Shown: positions 22,864-35,900 of the stretch, piece by piece
Layout: each line of letters starts with the position of its first letter
Position numbering within the stretch: the first letter of the stretch is position 1
NCBI GenBank assembly: GCA_040285855.1
Contig: JAUFOQ010000002.1
Span: 1,116,001 to 1,180,000, forward strand
Reading direction: 5' to 3'
Length of the DNA stretch: 64,000 bases
Source of the DNA: Eukaryota sp. GEM-RC1
Lineage: Eukaryota
Program-made: the position numbers and the translations under genes
Notes under the pieces: model-generated
What the model saw: only the letters and a program-made list of their open reading frames with translations
Told to the model about the DNA's origin: nothing
Database searches by the model: none

Positions 22864-23388
22864 TCATGCTCTATTACATAGTGTGGTATACTTGGAAGAT
22901 GTTGTTCGTGTCCAAATAACTACAGTGCTTGCTCTGAAGTGCTGCCTTGATAACCTACCATTCCCCCCTCCCAATGTGAGCTGCTTGGGACTGTCAAACC
23001 TTTCAGTGCTGAACAGACGAAGCATACCAGTAACAATGATTACAAGACCAGAAAGTAAGCTGACTTTGTTCTCAGTAACTGTAAGACTTCCGACGAAGAT
23101 GTAAAACAAAGCCCGTCCTCTGCTGAATTGAAGAAATGGTAAGTGATCTAGAACGCTTTGGAGCCCCAGTGTAGACAGTACTCTTAGTTCTAATAAACAA
23201 ATGAATAATCCAAAGACACCAGTATATAAGGAAAGTATGAAAGAGTGTATATGGAAGACGTTGAAGATGTTGAGGAAGTGGAAGACAGAGGATGCAAAGA
23301 GAAGGATTCCAGCAACAACACAGAGCCATTTAAGTGACAATCTAAATGTTGTTGTTCTTTCGTTGGGTTCCAGTACAAATTCAGGCAT
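22864..23388 (-). CDS. COPI-associated/TVP15-like Golgi membrane protein
   Basis: Four hydrophobic segments and FLQFSRGRALFYIFVGSL. Probable start is MPEF at 23388. Confidence 0.75.
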   Translation of the reverse strand: MPEFVLEPNERTTTFRLSLKWLCVVAGILLFASSVFHFLNIFNVFHIHSFILSLYTGVFGLFICLLELRVLSTLGLQSVLDHLPFLQFSRGRALFYIFVGSLTVTENKVSLLSGLVIIVTGMLRLFSTERFDSPKQLTLGGGNGRLSRQHFRASTVVIWTRTTSSKYTTLCNRA

Positions 23389-23753
23389 ATAGATGGAACA
23401 AGACCGAGAAAAGTGATCGGTTTTGTTTAGATCATCGCATGAAAGTTCGCAGATCGGAAAAAAGACTGTTCGGTACAACGTTGAGAAGTTCTTCACAAAT
23501 TTTGCAACCACATTTTGACGACGTCTTTCAAAAGATATCGATCTCTACAGTTGTTTAGCCTGAACTTCCTTACTTCCTTATTGCACCTATCTCTACGTTT
23601 TGATAATTTCGTTCTAGAAACTAGTGTCATCATTCATCTTCAGTAAAATTGATTATACTGTTACTCGATTTAACACAGTTAAGTATCTTTTAGAGATACT
23701 CTATACTAACTTTGTCAACTAATTCCAAATTCCTAAATCTGTAATTCCTTAAA

Positions 23754-24026
23754 ATGAGTGAACACGATCTCCCTACTATCAAAAAGTTTCTCCAGGACCC
23801 ACCCACACCAAAAACAATCTCCAAACTAAAGCACTGGTCATCAAGACGTCACCACGGAGTCGTTCCAAAAGATTCTCCTGTTAGTGAGATTGAGAGCCAC
23901 TTTTCCAAGAAGTACGGTGCCAGCGCTGAGAAAAGAGCAAGCATCTCAGAGAAGCATGCTTTCAAGAGAGAACTTTGGAAGGAGGAAGATTCTATTAAAG
24001 AAGCAGAGGAACACGAAGAACATTAA
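23754..24026 (+). CDS. 90-aa unknown basic protein, paralog copy B
   Basis: Inverted paralog of 15605-15877. Confidence 0.8.
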   Translation: MSEHDLPTIKKFLQDPPTPKTISKLKHWSSRRHHGVVPKDSPVSEIESHFSKKYGASAEKRASISEKHAFKRELWKEEDSIKEAEEHEEH

Positions 24027-24986
24027 TTTATGTATTGTATAAATTAATACAAGCTTAAAATACGATTTATAATTCAATTTCAAAGAATAACAAAACAATA
24101 ATGACCTAGAGAGATACTAAAACATCTGCTCTAATGACAATTCACGTGGATAGTGGATATCGTTAAGACGAGACTACGGAAAAAACACGCCGTAGATTAT
24201 GATACAACAGGTACTAACTGCCATTACATCATGATTGAATAATACACGTGGTTGAGCCCAAAACAGATTTATAGTAAAATTGGTTTTTGATTCTCTTAGT
24301 GGTTTTGCAGTTTCCATTTTAGATTTTAAAACAAATGATTAATACACAGTTGAAAAATAGTTTACAAGTCCTGTCAAACGCGCAAAAACACACACTATTC
24401 GCATTTTTAAACACACTTGTAGCATCACATTGAATTTGATTGAATTCTGTTTGGTGTTCAAACGCGTGTGAAACAGATGAACGGAATAGTATTTAATCTT
24501 CGTTCATTTAAGAGTAATCTTGGGAAACAGATCGGTCTACACGAAAATCGTGAGAATAGACCAAACCTAATATATCAACTGAAGTAATATGTACTTAAAT
24601 ATCTATATCTTTGTGTTAGCAGTCAGTTATCGATAATGAAGGTAATAGCTTTAATTGGTATTCAAAAAGGTACCCTTGAAAAGTGTGAACGTATAAAAAC
24701 AAACCAACAATCCTAAGACCAAAATTAACGACTTCATCCCTATTTGGTAAAAGATTACGATTTTCAACATTAACCGATAATTACAAGAACATTTGATCTT
24801 CCCTTCAAACCAGTTATGGTATACATTGTATTCAGTATTTTATGTTGTTCAAAGTAGCAATTTCGTAACATTGATATAACAGTCATTCAAGAAGATTCAA
24901 CCCTGAAAAGTTGTTAAGATCTTACAAATCACCAGTCAAACCCTCAACAATCACACTCAATCATAATCATTATTTATTTCCTTCAT

Positions 24987-26297
24987 CTATTCGACCTTAT
25001 TCTTAACAACAAACAGTTTTGCTATTCGTTTTGCCAACTTGATTCCAAACACAACGACCGCAACAAAAGCTACTATCAATAAAGGCTTCATAAAATCCAA
25101 TACACCAGAATAAGAAAACTTTACAACAATATCCCCCAATGGAGTAGTAGTTGCAACATTATCAACCTCGCACACAAAGGTCTCACGTCCAACAATATCC
25201 AAATGAGACATCACCGTAGGCCCCTTATAACACCTTGCATTGATAACCTGAGAATTGAATCCAATAATCTTGGCAAACTGGGGGAGAACAATAGTGGTCT
25301 TAGCATGAGTGAAGAAGACGTTTTCAAGTTGAGGGAAGACAGGAACTCTAGCCTCCTTAGTGAGCATCATTTGTTTAAAATACATGCGACTAATGGCACC
25401 CTTGATGAAGAACTTGAAATTCCAGCCACCAAATAGAGGGAATCTAGGTGCAACAGTGAAATGAGTTTCAGATTCAGAAAGTTGAGTGTACTGAGAGGTG
25501 GAGATGTTACCAATGTAATCACGATAGACCAATGAGTGAGGATTGGTGAAAGGGATCAATCTCATTGAGATTAAGCTCATTGCAGTCTTCGCGTCATTAG
25601 GTTTCCTTTGATGATCAAGACGAGACCATTCACCAACCAATCGAGAACCCTTGTTAGAAAGATCGAACTCATCATGATAGAACCCTCCTAAGAGAGGTTC
25701 TAGGGTGAAGGTACGTTCGGTGGTTCCAATGACGATGGGATAGGGAGCGGTACAGATGGCGTTGAGGGGAGCTGAGGACTCATCGGACGTGGGAGAGAAT
25801 GAGAGTTGGTTGGAGTCAGCACCAGACATGATTCCATTATCAGCAACTGAGGCGCACTTGAGAGAGGTTCTTTGACGTTCAATGGTATAGGGAGAGGGTA
25901 CAACAGAGGATTCGATCAGTTGGACATACTGCTCGTCTCCTTGTTTGATCTCTTCAGGAACGACAGTAACAGCGTCCATACAGACATAGGACAAGGATAT
26001 TTTGGCAGAAGATTTAGGTGACAAAGGCTCCATGTCGACCGTGAGAGTATTGTCTGATAAGTGACAGGTCACAGGTTTGTCGTTGACACTGCACGAAAGA
26101 ACGGAAGAACGAGTTGCTCCATGAACAGAGGAAACGATATATTCTAACTTGGAGACCTCCTTCCCTTCATTATTGAAGACATTAAGACTTACATCTACTC
26201 TAGGATGTGGGGTGGATAGATCGATTTGACGATCAAGGTCCTTGACAACGATCGCACAAGAAAGAGTGATCAGAAGGAGTCCAAGTAGGAGATGCAT
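24987..26297 (-). CDS. RPN1: Ribophorin I (OST subunit 1)
   Basis: Signal peptide, EIKQGDEQYV, WSRLDHQ, YRDYIGNISTS, PRFPLFGGW, HLDIVGR, C-terminal TM. Confidence 0.93.
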   Translation of the reverse strand: MHLLLGLLLITLSCAIVVKDLDRQIDLSTPHPRVDVSLNVFNNEGKEVSKLEYIVSSVHGATRSSVLSCSVNDKPVTCHLSDNTLTVDMEPLSPKSSAKISLSYVCMDAVTVVPEEIKQGDEQYVQLIESSVVPSPYTIERQRTSLKCASVADNGIMSGADSNQLSFSPTSDESSAPLNAICTAPYPIVIGTTERTFTLEPLLGGFYHDEFDLSNKGSRLVGEWSRLDHQRKPNDAKTAMSLISMRLIPFTNPHSLVYRDYIGNISTSQYTQLSESETHFTVAPRFPLFGGWNFKFFIKGAISRMYFKQMMLTKEARVPVFPQLENVFFTHAKTTIVLPQFAKIIGFNSQVINARCYKGPTVMSHLDIVGRETFVCEVDNVATTTPLGDIVVKFSYSGVLDFMKPLLIVAFVAVVVFGIKLAKRIAKLFVVKNKVE

Positions 26298-26336
26298 TTT
26301 GTTTGAAAGTTGTTCAATAACTTCTTCAATTCAAAC

Positions 26337-27059
26337 ATGCAATCTCGAGAGTATATTTCTCTTGCTGGACTTCGAGCTGATGGACGTCGTCCCACTGAAG
26401 TCCGTTCGATATCTTATCTTCTTGGTTCTGTATCTAATGCTGATGGTAGTTGCACTTTCTCTCAAGGCAACACTAAACTCATAGTGTCCATCTTTGGGCC
26501 AAAAGAAACCAGTCGAAAGCGTGATGTCCTTCATGATACTGTCAATGTTCGTGTTGAATTTGGTCAATCTCTATTTGCTCAAGGTGAAAAACGTGAACGT
26601 AGGCGCTCTGATCGATTCTCCATAGAAATCTCCAATCACATCAGGTCCATAGTCCAAAATCAAGTTCTTGCTTCTCGATATCCTAAATCTGAAGTTGTTG
26701 TGTCTGTTCAATTGCTTCAATCCGATGGTTCTGTACTTGCTGCTGCCATTAATGCAACAACACTTGCTCTTATTGACACTGGAATAGCATTACAAGACTT
26801 CGTTGTTGCCTGTTCTGCCGGCATTGTACGCAACACAATTCTCTTGGACCTCACTCAACAGGAAGAGGTCGGTCCTTGCTCCTTCTTAACTCTGTCAATG
26901 AGGCCAAATGAGGACTCTTATCCATTGGTTCATTTATCAAACAGACTTCCTTTAGATCAATTTGAACCGTTGTTGGATGCTGGAACTTTGGGATGTAGCT
27001 CTGTTCATCTTCATTTGAAAGAGTCTGTCAAGAGTTTTGTAGAAAAAATGATTAGGTGA
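26337..27059 (+). CDS. RRP41: Exosome complex subunit RRP41 (RNase PH fold)
   Basis: GLRADGRRPTEVR, ADGS..FSQGNTK, GPKE, YPKSEV..QLLQSDGS, AAINATTLALIDTGI. Confidence 0.93.
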   Translation: MQSREYISLAGLRADGRRPTEVRSISYLLGSVSNADGSCTFSQGNTKLIVSIFGPKETSRKRDVLHDTVNVRVEFGQSLFAQGEKRERRRSDRFSIEISNHIRSIVQNQVLASRYPKSEVVVSVQLLQSDGSVLAAAINATTLALIDTGIALQDFVVACSAGIVRNTILLDLTQQEEVGPCSFLTLSMRPNEDSYPLVHLSNRLPLDQFEPLLDAGTLGCSSVHLHLKESVKSFVEKMIR

Positions 27060-27710
27060 TTTTAATTTTTAAACAACATCATTTATGACCCTGCATTGTT
27101 CTTTTATCCGTTAATGTTTTGTTTGAAAGTCCTTTTTTTTGATTTACTTAGGATGTTTTTTTCTATTTTTCGTTTAGTCTTTGTGGGATTTTATAATCCT
27201 TCTGTTCTTTCTTTCTATTCTTCTTTTGGGAATTGACTTCCCGTTAACTTACTTTTTTAATTCAATGTATTTCTTTAAAGAATAAACACTGAGAAGCCAA
27301 TGTATCAAATTCATGAGCATTTCTTTACTTAGAAAAACCAGGATAGTACATAAACAGACATGCATTTTGTTTAAAATACTATCACCATTTTACCAATAGA
27401 AAATGACAGTAATAAATGAGATATTGAAAAAAGTTACAGTATTAAACTTTTTTTAACATTTTACTATCAATTCTAATAAATTACACGAACGTGTGCAATA
27501 TATCCAAAAACAAAAATAACTAAATAAATTAGGAGTCAAAGTAATGGTTATCCAGAAACAATATACTTCATGAAAGTGACTATACATGACAAAAGTGCAA
27601 ACACCACATCCATTTTCAAAAAGATACAAACTATCAACACCTCTATATAGGAGGAGCCAAACAACTAATCAAAGATCTTACAGAAGTACTATCAAACTCT
27701 TTAAAACTAC

Positions 27711-28860
27711 TTAAAGCTTCAACCTCCTTCTGCGCCATGTACAACACTGAAATCTCCTCCCCACTCCAGTCTCATGTATTGACTGTACCATAATCCCTGG
27801 TCTGAACACCCCCCTATGTTCCCTCAAGATCAAACGTTCGAGGATCCTGTGGTCTTTGTTCTGTTTAAGATAAAGAGCAGAGAGTAGAGTGACCAGACAG
27901 GGAGGAAGATTCATCTCCTCGGTGGTAATGATAAGTTTTTGTAGGACTTGAGCTGCCATTTCATTGTAAGCAGATGGTAGGCGTTCAATGTAAGGAATCA
28001 TGTGCCTACATAGCTTCTTGAAGACATTCAAAATGTCCACGGGAACACGGAAGTAAAGGAAAAGTCGATCAACTAACTCATAGAATAACTTAAAAGGAAA
28101 GAAAGTTTGTTGAGCTATGCATACAATCACACTAAATCTACCAATGAAGTGATCAATCGACATTGGATCAGAGGTTAAAAACTTCCTAATATGATCTACA
28201 TCTGAGTGGTCCTCAAGTTGATAGTTATTGATAAAGAAAGCAGCATCCACAGGAGGAAGCTTAAAAGTCTCAACTAAACGAGATACATAGGAACTGGGTT
28301 CAGCGGGAGGTTGGAAATCGAAATCCTTATCAATCTTAGCACGTTTCCTTGGAGGTTCACTCACGGTAGAGATCAAAGGTTCTAGAGAGATATCGAGATT
28401 CTTGGGTTTAAAGAGATCACGCTGAATGTATGGCATTTGCATCACCCTGTATACATAGAGACATTCTTCAGATGTTGCAAAAGAGAAAGCAGCGGTCAGA
28501 TCTTGTTTAGTATAAGAATAGGTCACGTTAAGAGTAATTCTTTTGACAAGGTTGAATAAATCAGTTGTGTGTTTTTCAGTGATTGGTCGTACAAGAAAAG
28601 TACGAGATCGATGACATGTCGGAGGAATAGATGGTTCAGGAAGTTCTAGATAGTCGTGAATTTTATGGCGTTCGCTTTCATCAACATCCAGTGGGAAAAG
28701 GTCAATGTAAGATGTAGGATCAGAGAAATAGACACGGAAAAGTGAATGTTGAAGGGAAACGTACGATACGCCAGGTACTTGCGCTAAAAAAAGACTCTGC
28801 TGTAGGTATCGATGTTCCAGGACGACATTGAAGTGGAACGATAAAGTTGATCCAAGACAT
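27711..28860 (-). CDS. Uncharacterised protein; extends upstream of the listed ORF to ATG 28860 across a homopolymer frameshift near 28790
   Basis: The frame stays open upstream of the GTG at 28526. Removing one base from the T7 run (minus strand) joins it to MSWINFIVPLQC. Confidence 0.55.
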
Positions 28861-29908
28861 TACTACTGTAATTAGTACAGAATGACTGTTTTTTTTGATG
28901 ATACATTTATGATTGTATTGTTCTTTAATTTGCTTGTATTAGCACAATGGCGTTATTCAATCTCAGATTTTCTCAATAGCTCATGTAACTGTTAGTACTT
29001 GCTTTGAAGAAAAGCTTTTCTGAGCTTCAATGACAACAAGTACTGTTTTACTGATATTCAGTTTTAGTTTATGTTCTTTTTCTAATGTATTTGTTCATTA
29101 AACTTTAGTCTAAAAATACTAGTAGCACGATGATTGAGAGTGAGGCATTTTCAGAAACTAAATGGACCAAAATGTGCTTATTTTGATTCAGAGGTTGTTA
29201 GTGATAGTAAAGGTTTAGCAGTCTACGACAACTCCAAGCCTGACCATACTGGGAATATTAGTACAATCTTCCTTCACAGTATTCATAGTGTTGATGTGTA
29301 GTGTTTTTGGAAAGAAGTTGCAAAAGTACTTGTTCAAAAGTTCGGTGTTCTGATTTCCATTCTTGCTTTTTTCAGACACAAATTGATGATAAGCAGTGTT
29401 GATTAGCTCAGTTCAGTTCACACATTCATGAATTGAATTGAACTGATCATCTTTTCTATAGTTTATTATTGATTAAATGCCCAATGAATTCTATGTCCCC
29501 CTTGTAACCTTTTGTTGTCAATTACATATACATTTGTACTTCGTTTTAATTAACATTACGTTGTTTAGCATTAATCTTCACACCAAACTTGTACAATTTT
29601 TCAACTGATCGAGAGAAATAGAAAGACACATTCCGATAGATGGAAAACACAATGCGGTTTTTCCATTCACACATTCTAAAAAAAAAAGATCTTCAAACTC
29701 CTTGAAAAATTGTTCAAAATCCTTTAATTGTCCAACAATTCTGAATTGGTCTGATCTATTCACAATATTAGACTCAGAATCTAGTATAGTCGGTAGTCTT
29801 CTAATGCAAGGATAATTAACTGAAATCAATGATAACCCTCGCTTACTTAAAGAAATCCGTTTTGATATAAGGAGAAACCCACCAATTCAGCAATACATTC
29901 ATCTTCAA

Positions 29909-32355
29909 ATGCCTGATACTATTGATGTGCAAAATGTAGAATTTGAGAAGCTTTATTCCTGCTTGAAACCCACCCAAACAATTCCGGCTATAAGGACAGT
30001 AATTCAGACTTGTCGGACAGTTGAAGTTCTTTCCATTGACACACTTAATGCTATCGCTGATGCTTTGGATGTATTTCAATGTTCTGATGACTCCAAAGTG
30101 TTCGTCAACAGACTCAATTCAAGCCTAACGATTTCAATATCCAATGAAGACTCAAGCGAAACAAAAACACTAACGCTTCAAGCCAGTTCATTCCCTTTAA
30201 GTGTACACTTGAGAACTCCAGAATTGCGGACGCCTTTTACTGAAACGCCTGCTCATATGTCTTTAACAATCGCATTGACAGAGTTAGAAACTGGAAGCAC
30301 TCAGAATCTTTTACGGAGTTACACGTCATTAATTGTTCCTCTAATTGCGGGTCATGGCTTTGGTCGTACACGACTAATGTTGAACAAGTTCTACTTTCAA
30401 GATAACTCCCACTATTTCTCTTTTACAATACTTTTCTTTTATAATACTGACTCCTTTCCAAAGGCTTCAACAGCCTGGAGGTGTAGGTTTACACCCACAA
30501 CGTCATTCTTTGAAGGGGTCTATTATGTTGTTGGACTTATCTCCACTATTTTTGGTCAAAGTTCACCAAAAGAGAACTTCGTTGACAACTCAAAGGATTA
30601 TCATCTAAGAATCATTACAAAGTGGAAGGAATTGTCCCGTTCAAAAGAAACTGAATTAATGGCCCAAATTCAATTTCTTGTCCATTTTATACACCACACA
30701 TCAAAAGTCAGAGTCGATGACTTTCAAGAAGGAGCCTTCATGCTTTTGTTAGACGAAGTAGATTCGCTAGTTGATACTCGAATTGAAAATAATTTGTGTG
30801 TTTGGGATTGTTTGTCATTGAATGTTTCAATTAATTACAGGTCTTGTCATCGCTGTACGACTGATTCAACGAAAGTTTGCCGAGAGTGATGATCACTTCC
30901 ACTGTGTTGTTGCACTTTCTCCAAGCTCATTGTCAACTGTTCATCCAGGACAACGTCCATTGCCAGTAAGTAGCATGGATGATGACTCGGATATTCCCAA
31001 TCGTTGGATGGATCCAATTTCTGACTTCTTTCCCATATTTCGCCCGAGTGTTGCAGAAACAGATTTCATAGACTCAGTGAGTCTGGATGTCTTGGTCAGT
31101 GGGAGACCTAAATGGGGACAGTATTTGGGCCACGAACTTTCTGGTGACAGCCCCCAAACACTAAAAACAAATTTATGGATGAATGCTCGAAAATTCGTCA
31201 CTAATTGTCTCAATCTTAACCAACAGAATTCTGACACATGGATAGGTGCCGCTCTTAATTACATTCTGATTCCAGAACAACTCATGGCAACAGCTACCAA
31301 AGAGTATATGAAACTGTCTTCCTTTTCGTTGGTCAATGTACATCCTGAAAACCGAATGGTCACACTTTATCGTCCTTCTGATGTTTTACTGACAACTAGC
31401 ATTTGGTCCATTGTAGAACAGTATGATGACACCGAATTGGTTAGCTCATTGTTACAACACATTCTTCCTCGTCCATTTGATGAACAACGTTTCGGGGTAG
31501 CAGTGGAAAACGTGGCCATGATGCTGATTTTGCGAACAATTCGTGACACTGAAGCTTCAAACGTTTCTGAATCATATTGGAGAACTATTTCAGTTAAGGA
31601 CTTCTTGGCTAAACTCGCTCAAAAAGAAGAAGAAGAAGTAATGGAAGAAGATGCTGAAGCAAAAGACCAACAAAAGATAGCTGAAGATGATTTAAATGAT
31701 TGGATTCTTGGTGGAGTTCAGGTCGAAACCTTTTCATCTCATCAGTTTCAGGGAATTAACTGGAACTTTACGCTTTTCAAGGCCTTTTTGTGTAGATCAA
31801 TTCTTTTGCCACCGCCTCGGATGAAGGGTATTGACTTTGTGATTCACGATTGTGAATCGAGAATCACTGAAAGAATTGCAAGTCAATTTGACCAGGAACG
31901 CTGGCTGTGATACTTCTACAATTAAAGAGTTTGTCCAATCTAAAGTCAGTTACATTGATTTCCAGGTAAAAGCAGTCCAAGGCACCTTACATGTTTCCAC
32001 AATTTTCGAAAAGATGGAAGAAAGCAGGGATAGATGTAAGACAATCTCTGAACTTGTTAATTTTGGAGCCAAACCAACTCTTCCCAAGGATGAAAATCCA
32101 AGTTACAGCAAGACAATTTGGACAATACCACCTGATCTCTTGAAGACTATTCTGGCATTCAAATCCAAACAGGAATTGCAATCGAGGCCTGCTTCGACTG
32201 CAGTGTTTGGTTCATTTTTGATATCTGATTATGGAGTGGAACTAGCATCGGAAGTTGCAAAGAAGGACTCACCTTCAAGTGACCAGTCTGCCATGGCCCC
32301 TTTAGAAGACATTGACACACTAGACGAACAGTCAGAAAGCATGAAAGAAGAATAA
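29909..32355 (+). CDS. Crinkler/RHS-type P-loop NTPase + restriction-endonuclease-like protein (frameshifts near 30820 and 31850)
   Basis: Degenerate Walker A AGHGFGRTRL, Walker B LLLDEVD, VSGRPKW, and C-terminal KGIDFVI..IDFQVK (PD-(D/E)xK-like). Confidence 0.5.
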
Positions 32356-33267
32356 ACTCAATCACTATAGATGTATTGTTTTGTTACTGTATGACTGTTT
32401 AACAAATACGGATATGAATTCAATTTTTCAAACCAATTTTGGACAACAACAACTTCCACAATAGTGCTGATGTGTTACTGTTGGTCAACAGTCGTACTTA
32501 CTTTTCAGATTCAGTCAGTTCACTTTATCAACATGAACAGTTGTTATATGTATACCCAGTTTAAATTGATACACTACAGAATCAATCACAAACAGTGAAA
32601 GTATTTTTGCAGAGTTCCTACAAATAATGATTTTTCATCATGTTCTATACCGAATTCTGATTCTATCCATATCATGCTCTTTTTTCTACCGTTAAGTCGC
32701 TTGCCTTACTACTGGGTCTCATTGTGTAAAATTCACATTTCGACATCTCAGATGTTGTATTGCGATGCGTAGAACACATCTATTACACCTTTGGCTGAAA
32801 CTATTTTGAAAAACTCTCGGTATGGATCTCTTTGTTCTAGGGTACGCAACACAGCCCACAAGATTGAGAGTAATGACCGATCCCTCTAAGAAATGATTTG
32901 GGCAGATCGTTTTATTGTTTACACTATTGATTGTATTCCGTATGACTGCTGTAATTAATGTCATTTTGTCTCAACAACTAACTTCTAACCAGATTTCAGT
33001 CATTCAAAATGTACAAACCCAAATCGCTATTATGATTATTGGGATGATTAAAAAACAAAACCGAAGACTCATTCAAGTTTCATCGCCAACAAATTACTTT
33101 ACGGTTAATTATTTAGACTTGGACCCGACGTCACCATCAGGGTTGACACCACGGAGAAGTGCGTGACGTATCTTGTGTAACCCTAATATAGACAGCCCTA
33201 GTGGAGACTTTAACTTAAAGATTTGCAAAGATTTGTTTTACATTTGCAAAGTGTATAATTTATTTCA

Positions 33268-34470
33268 ATGCCCTCAATCACATGCTTAGCAATTCTCCAA
33301 CCTGGTAGAGGTAAGAATGCTTGGGACAATGTTCTTGCGTTCGTTCCGGAAACTGTTCCTAGCCATGTTCAAGACAACATTATTCGCCTTTCTCTGGGCG
33401 TTGCTCCTTTCATGAGCACATTTACTAATGAACCTATCTCATCCATCACATGTGCTTCCAATCATCTAGTCTTCTGGTCGTCCTCTGAATATATCTTTGT
33501 TGCCGTGCTCTCTTCTGTCAGAACTCATTCACGGTTCTCCAATATGCTGATCCAATCACTTCTTGGACACACCTTTAATTTAATGTCCTTTGCACTTGGA
33601 CCGTTGTGTGATGTTTCTTCCGATATACTCAAAGCACATTTCTCACGACACATTGAACGTCTCATTACCCCAAATATCTACAATGTGAGCTTTCTCTTCT
33701 CTTGTTATCAAACTCTACGTCTAACTCCGCAACTTGGGCTTGCTGCTTCCTGTGTTGTCTCTCGTATTGTAGACCAATCCGATTCATCTGTCGCTATCTC
33801 TGCTGCTTGTCTTCTTCACCACGACAAGGTCATCCACTCAACACTCTCCCCTGCTGACACAGTCCTCCTCTTCCACTTCCTTAAATACACTGACACTGAC
33901 GTCATTGGATCTTCCTTTGCTTCAGCTTGTCATTCTGTTATCATCATTAAATCTCCACTTCATCTCTCTCACGACCATTCTCCCTTGGGAATGGTCATGA
34001 TCAAAACTGGCCAACTTACTTCTTGTTTCTTTTCTCCTAACCATGAGATTGACTTTCTAGAAGGGGTAGCTTCCTTTATCACCAACAACTTCTCCACTCA
34101 ACTCCTATCAGTATCAAAAGGATTGATGTTGAACAGTGGGAAGAGGTTTGAGAACGATGACTATGCTTTTGTTTTATTTGATTGCAACACACACGTTTTG
34201 GATGTGGGCATGGAACCCTTCAGTTTAGAAGCGACTATTGTGTTTTTGAGATTATATCAAGTATATTTCGGTGATTCTGTAGATAGTTATCCTAATGGTC
34301 ATAAGTCAGTAATAGAAAAGGTTTCACCGAAGGAGTGGATATTTGTAGAAAAGGAATTGAATAGACTGTTCGTTTTGAATGTTAAGAGTAGTAGTAACTC
34401 TAGTACGGAGATTCAACTATTAGTTGATCAAATGAAAGAAACTATTGGACTTGCTGGTATTTGTCTTTGA
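33268..34470 (+). CDS. CCZ1/INTU-like longin-domain protein
   Basis: LAILQPGRG..VLAFVP..Q..I.LS.GV..FMSTFT (longin 1) and CLLHHDKVIHSTLSPADT..LFHFL (longin 2). Confidence 0.65.
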   Translation: MPSITCLAILQPGRGKNAWDNVLAFVPETVPSHVQDNIIRLSLGVAPFMSTFTNEPISSITCASNHLVFWSSSEYIFVAVLSSVRTHSRFSNMLIQSLLGHTFNLMSFALGPLCDVSSDILKAHFSRHIERLITPNIYNVSFLFSCYQTLRLTPQLGLAASCVVSRIVDQSDSSVAISAACLLHHDKVIHSTLSPADTVLLFHFLKYTDTDVIGSSFASACHSVIIIKSPLHLSHDHSPLGMVMIKTGQLTSCFFSPNHEIDFLEGVASFITNNFSTQLLSVSKGLMLNSGKRFENDDYAFVLFDCNTHVLDVGMEPFSLEATIVFLRLYQVYFGDSVDSYPNGHKSVIEKVSPKEWIFVEKELNRLFVLNVKSSSNSSTEIQLLVDQMKETIGLAGICL

Positions 34471-34738
34471 TTATTGTGTTTTTTTATTTGTATTTTTGCC
34501 CTTGAATGTGATTTGATTTTCGTTTTATTATTATTGTTATCGTGTTTTGTATATTGTCTGGTTTATATATCTTTTCATTCTTGTTTTCACTATCGTTATA
34601 TCCCTTCAAAAAAGTATACGAATGATCAAATGAATAGCATAGTTCAATCTAATGTCGATTGCTTGATTCTGAAGTAAACAATCTAAATCAAAATTATTGT
34701 TTGTGGAAATAGAACTTATTATAGAACTACCACTCACA

Positions 34739-35889
34739 ATGAACCAAGATTTTGGAGCCAAGCTGCGGCATGCTTTAACAGCTTTGAGAACTGCTAATCA
34801 ACCTCCTCCAGCACCTCCAGTTTATCCTTCTACTCCAGACACTCTTCCTCCTTCTACTCCTGAACAATCGATTCCACCTGCTCCCAAACCAGTCTCTCCA
34901 GCTTCTAATCCAACCCCTTCTGTAGCTTCTCATTCAGCTCCTGTTTCTACACGTGCTCCTTCTCGAGATCCTTCCCCAATCAATCAATACTCTGATAAAC
35001 CTTCATCTAGTTATTCTTTTGCCACTTCTGCTGTCGGACACGAATCCTACACTAAACCTAACTCTCTCAATTTCCAGGTTCAAGCTCTAATTGCACGATT
35101 AGATGCAGTTGAGCGTTTAATTAGAAGAAAAACAAGACTTAGAGCTGAGGAATATTCTTTATTGGATTCTTTTGACGAGTCTCTCTCCACTCTCACGTCT
35201 TCTGTCACGTTACTTGCTCAATCGGATATGATTGATAGAGATCAACTACAACAATTTTATAAACAAGAATTGGAATATTTATTAGAATTATCCAGATTGA
35301 AGCATCAATTCATTTTAAAAGAAGTCAATGAAAAAAGTCAACAAAATTCAATTAAAATGAGCGGCAAACCACCTGTCAAATCCAGAACTAATTCTGCTAT
35401 CGAAGAAGCTCCGGTTAAAGTTGATAAAAAAGAACACTTGTTTTTAATACTAGATTCTATTGCCCCCATCCAGGATCTTTCCAAGCTGTTTTTTCACTGG
35501 TAAATGGACAACGGCAAAATTTAATAGATCCGAAAATTATTTCAATTCCATGTGTGAGACAACTACCGACGTTGAAAGAAGAATTTTGGTTTCTGATTGA
35601 AGTTCAAATTCCATCGTCGCCTCCAACAGCAATAAGTTGGACAATTTTAAATATTTTGAATGACAAAATGGAGAAATTACTTGGAGGGTTTTCTGTGCCT
35701 TTATTCGGCGGTGGAGTACCAAAGTATGAAGAAATTGGTAAATTTGAACATGAATTCTCTGGAAGTCAATTGTTTTTTAGAATTGTAGAAACTCACGAAC
35801 TTACTCAATACGAAGTTCCCACCGAGAATTTCTATTATTCACCACTTGGAGATTCTCACATTGCTAAAATGAGACGATCTAAAAAGTGA
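34739..35889 (+). CDS. Uncharacterised Pro-rich/coiled-coil protein (probably one gene with a frameshift near 35490)
   Basis: ORFs 34697-35503 and 35554-35889 are on the same strand and separated by a T-run. Confidence 0.5.
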
Positions 35890-35900
35890 AGATGAAATGT

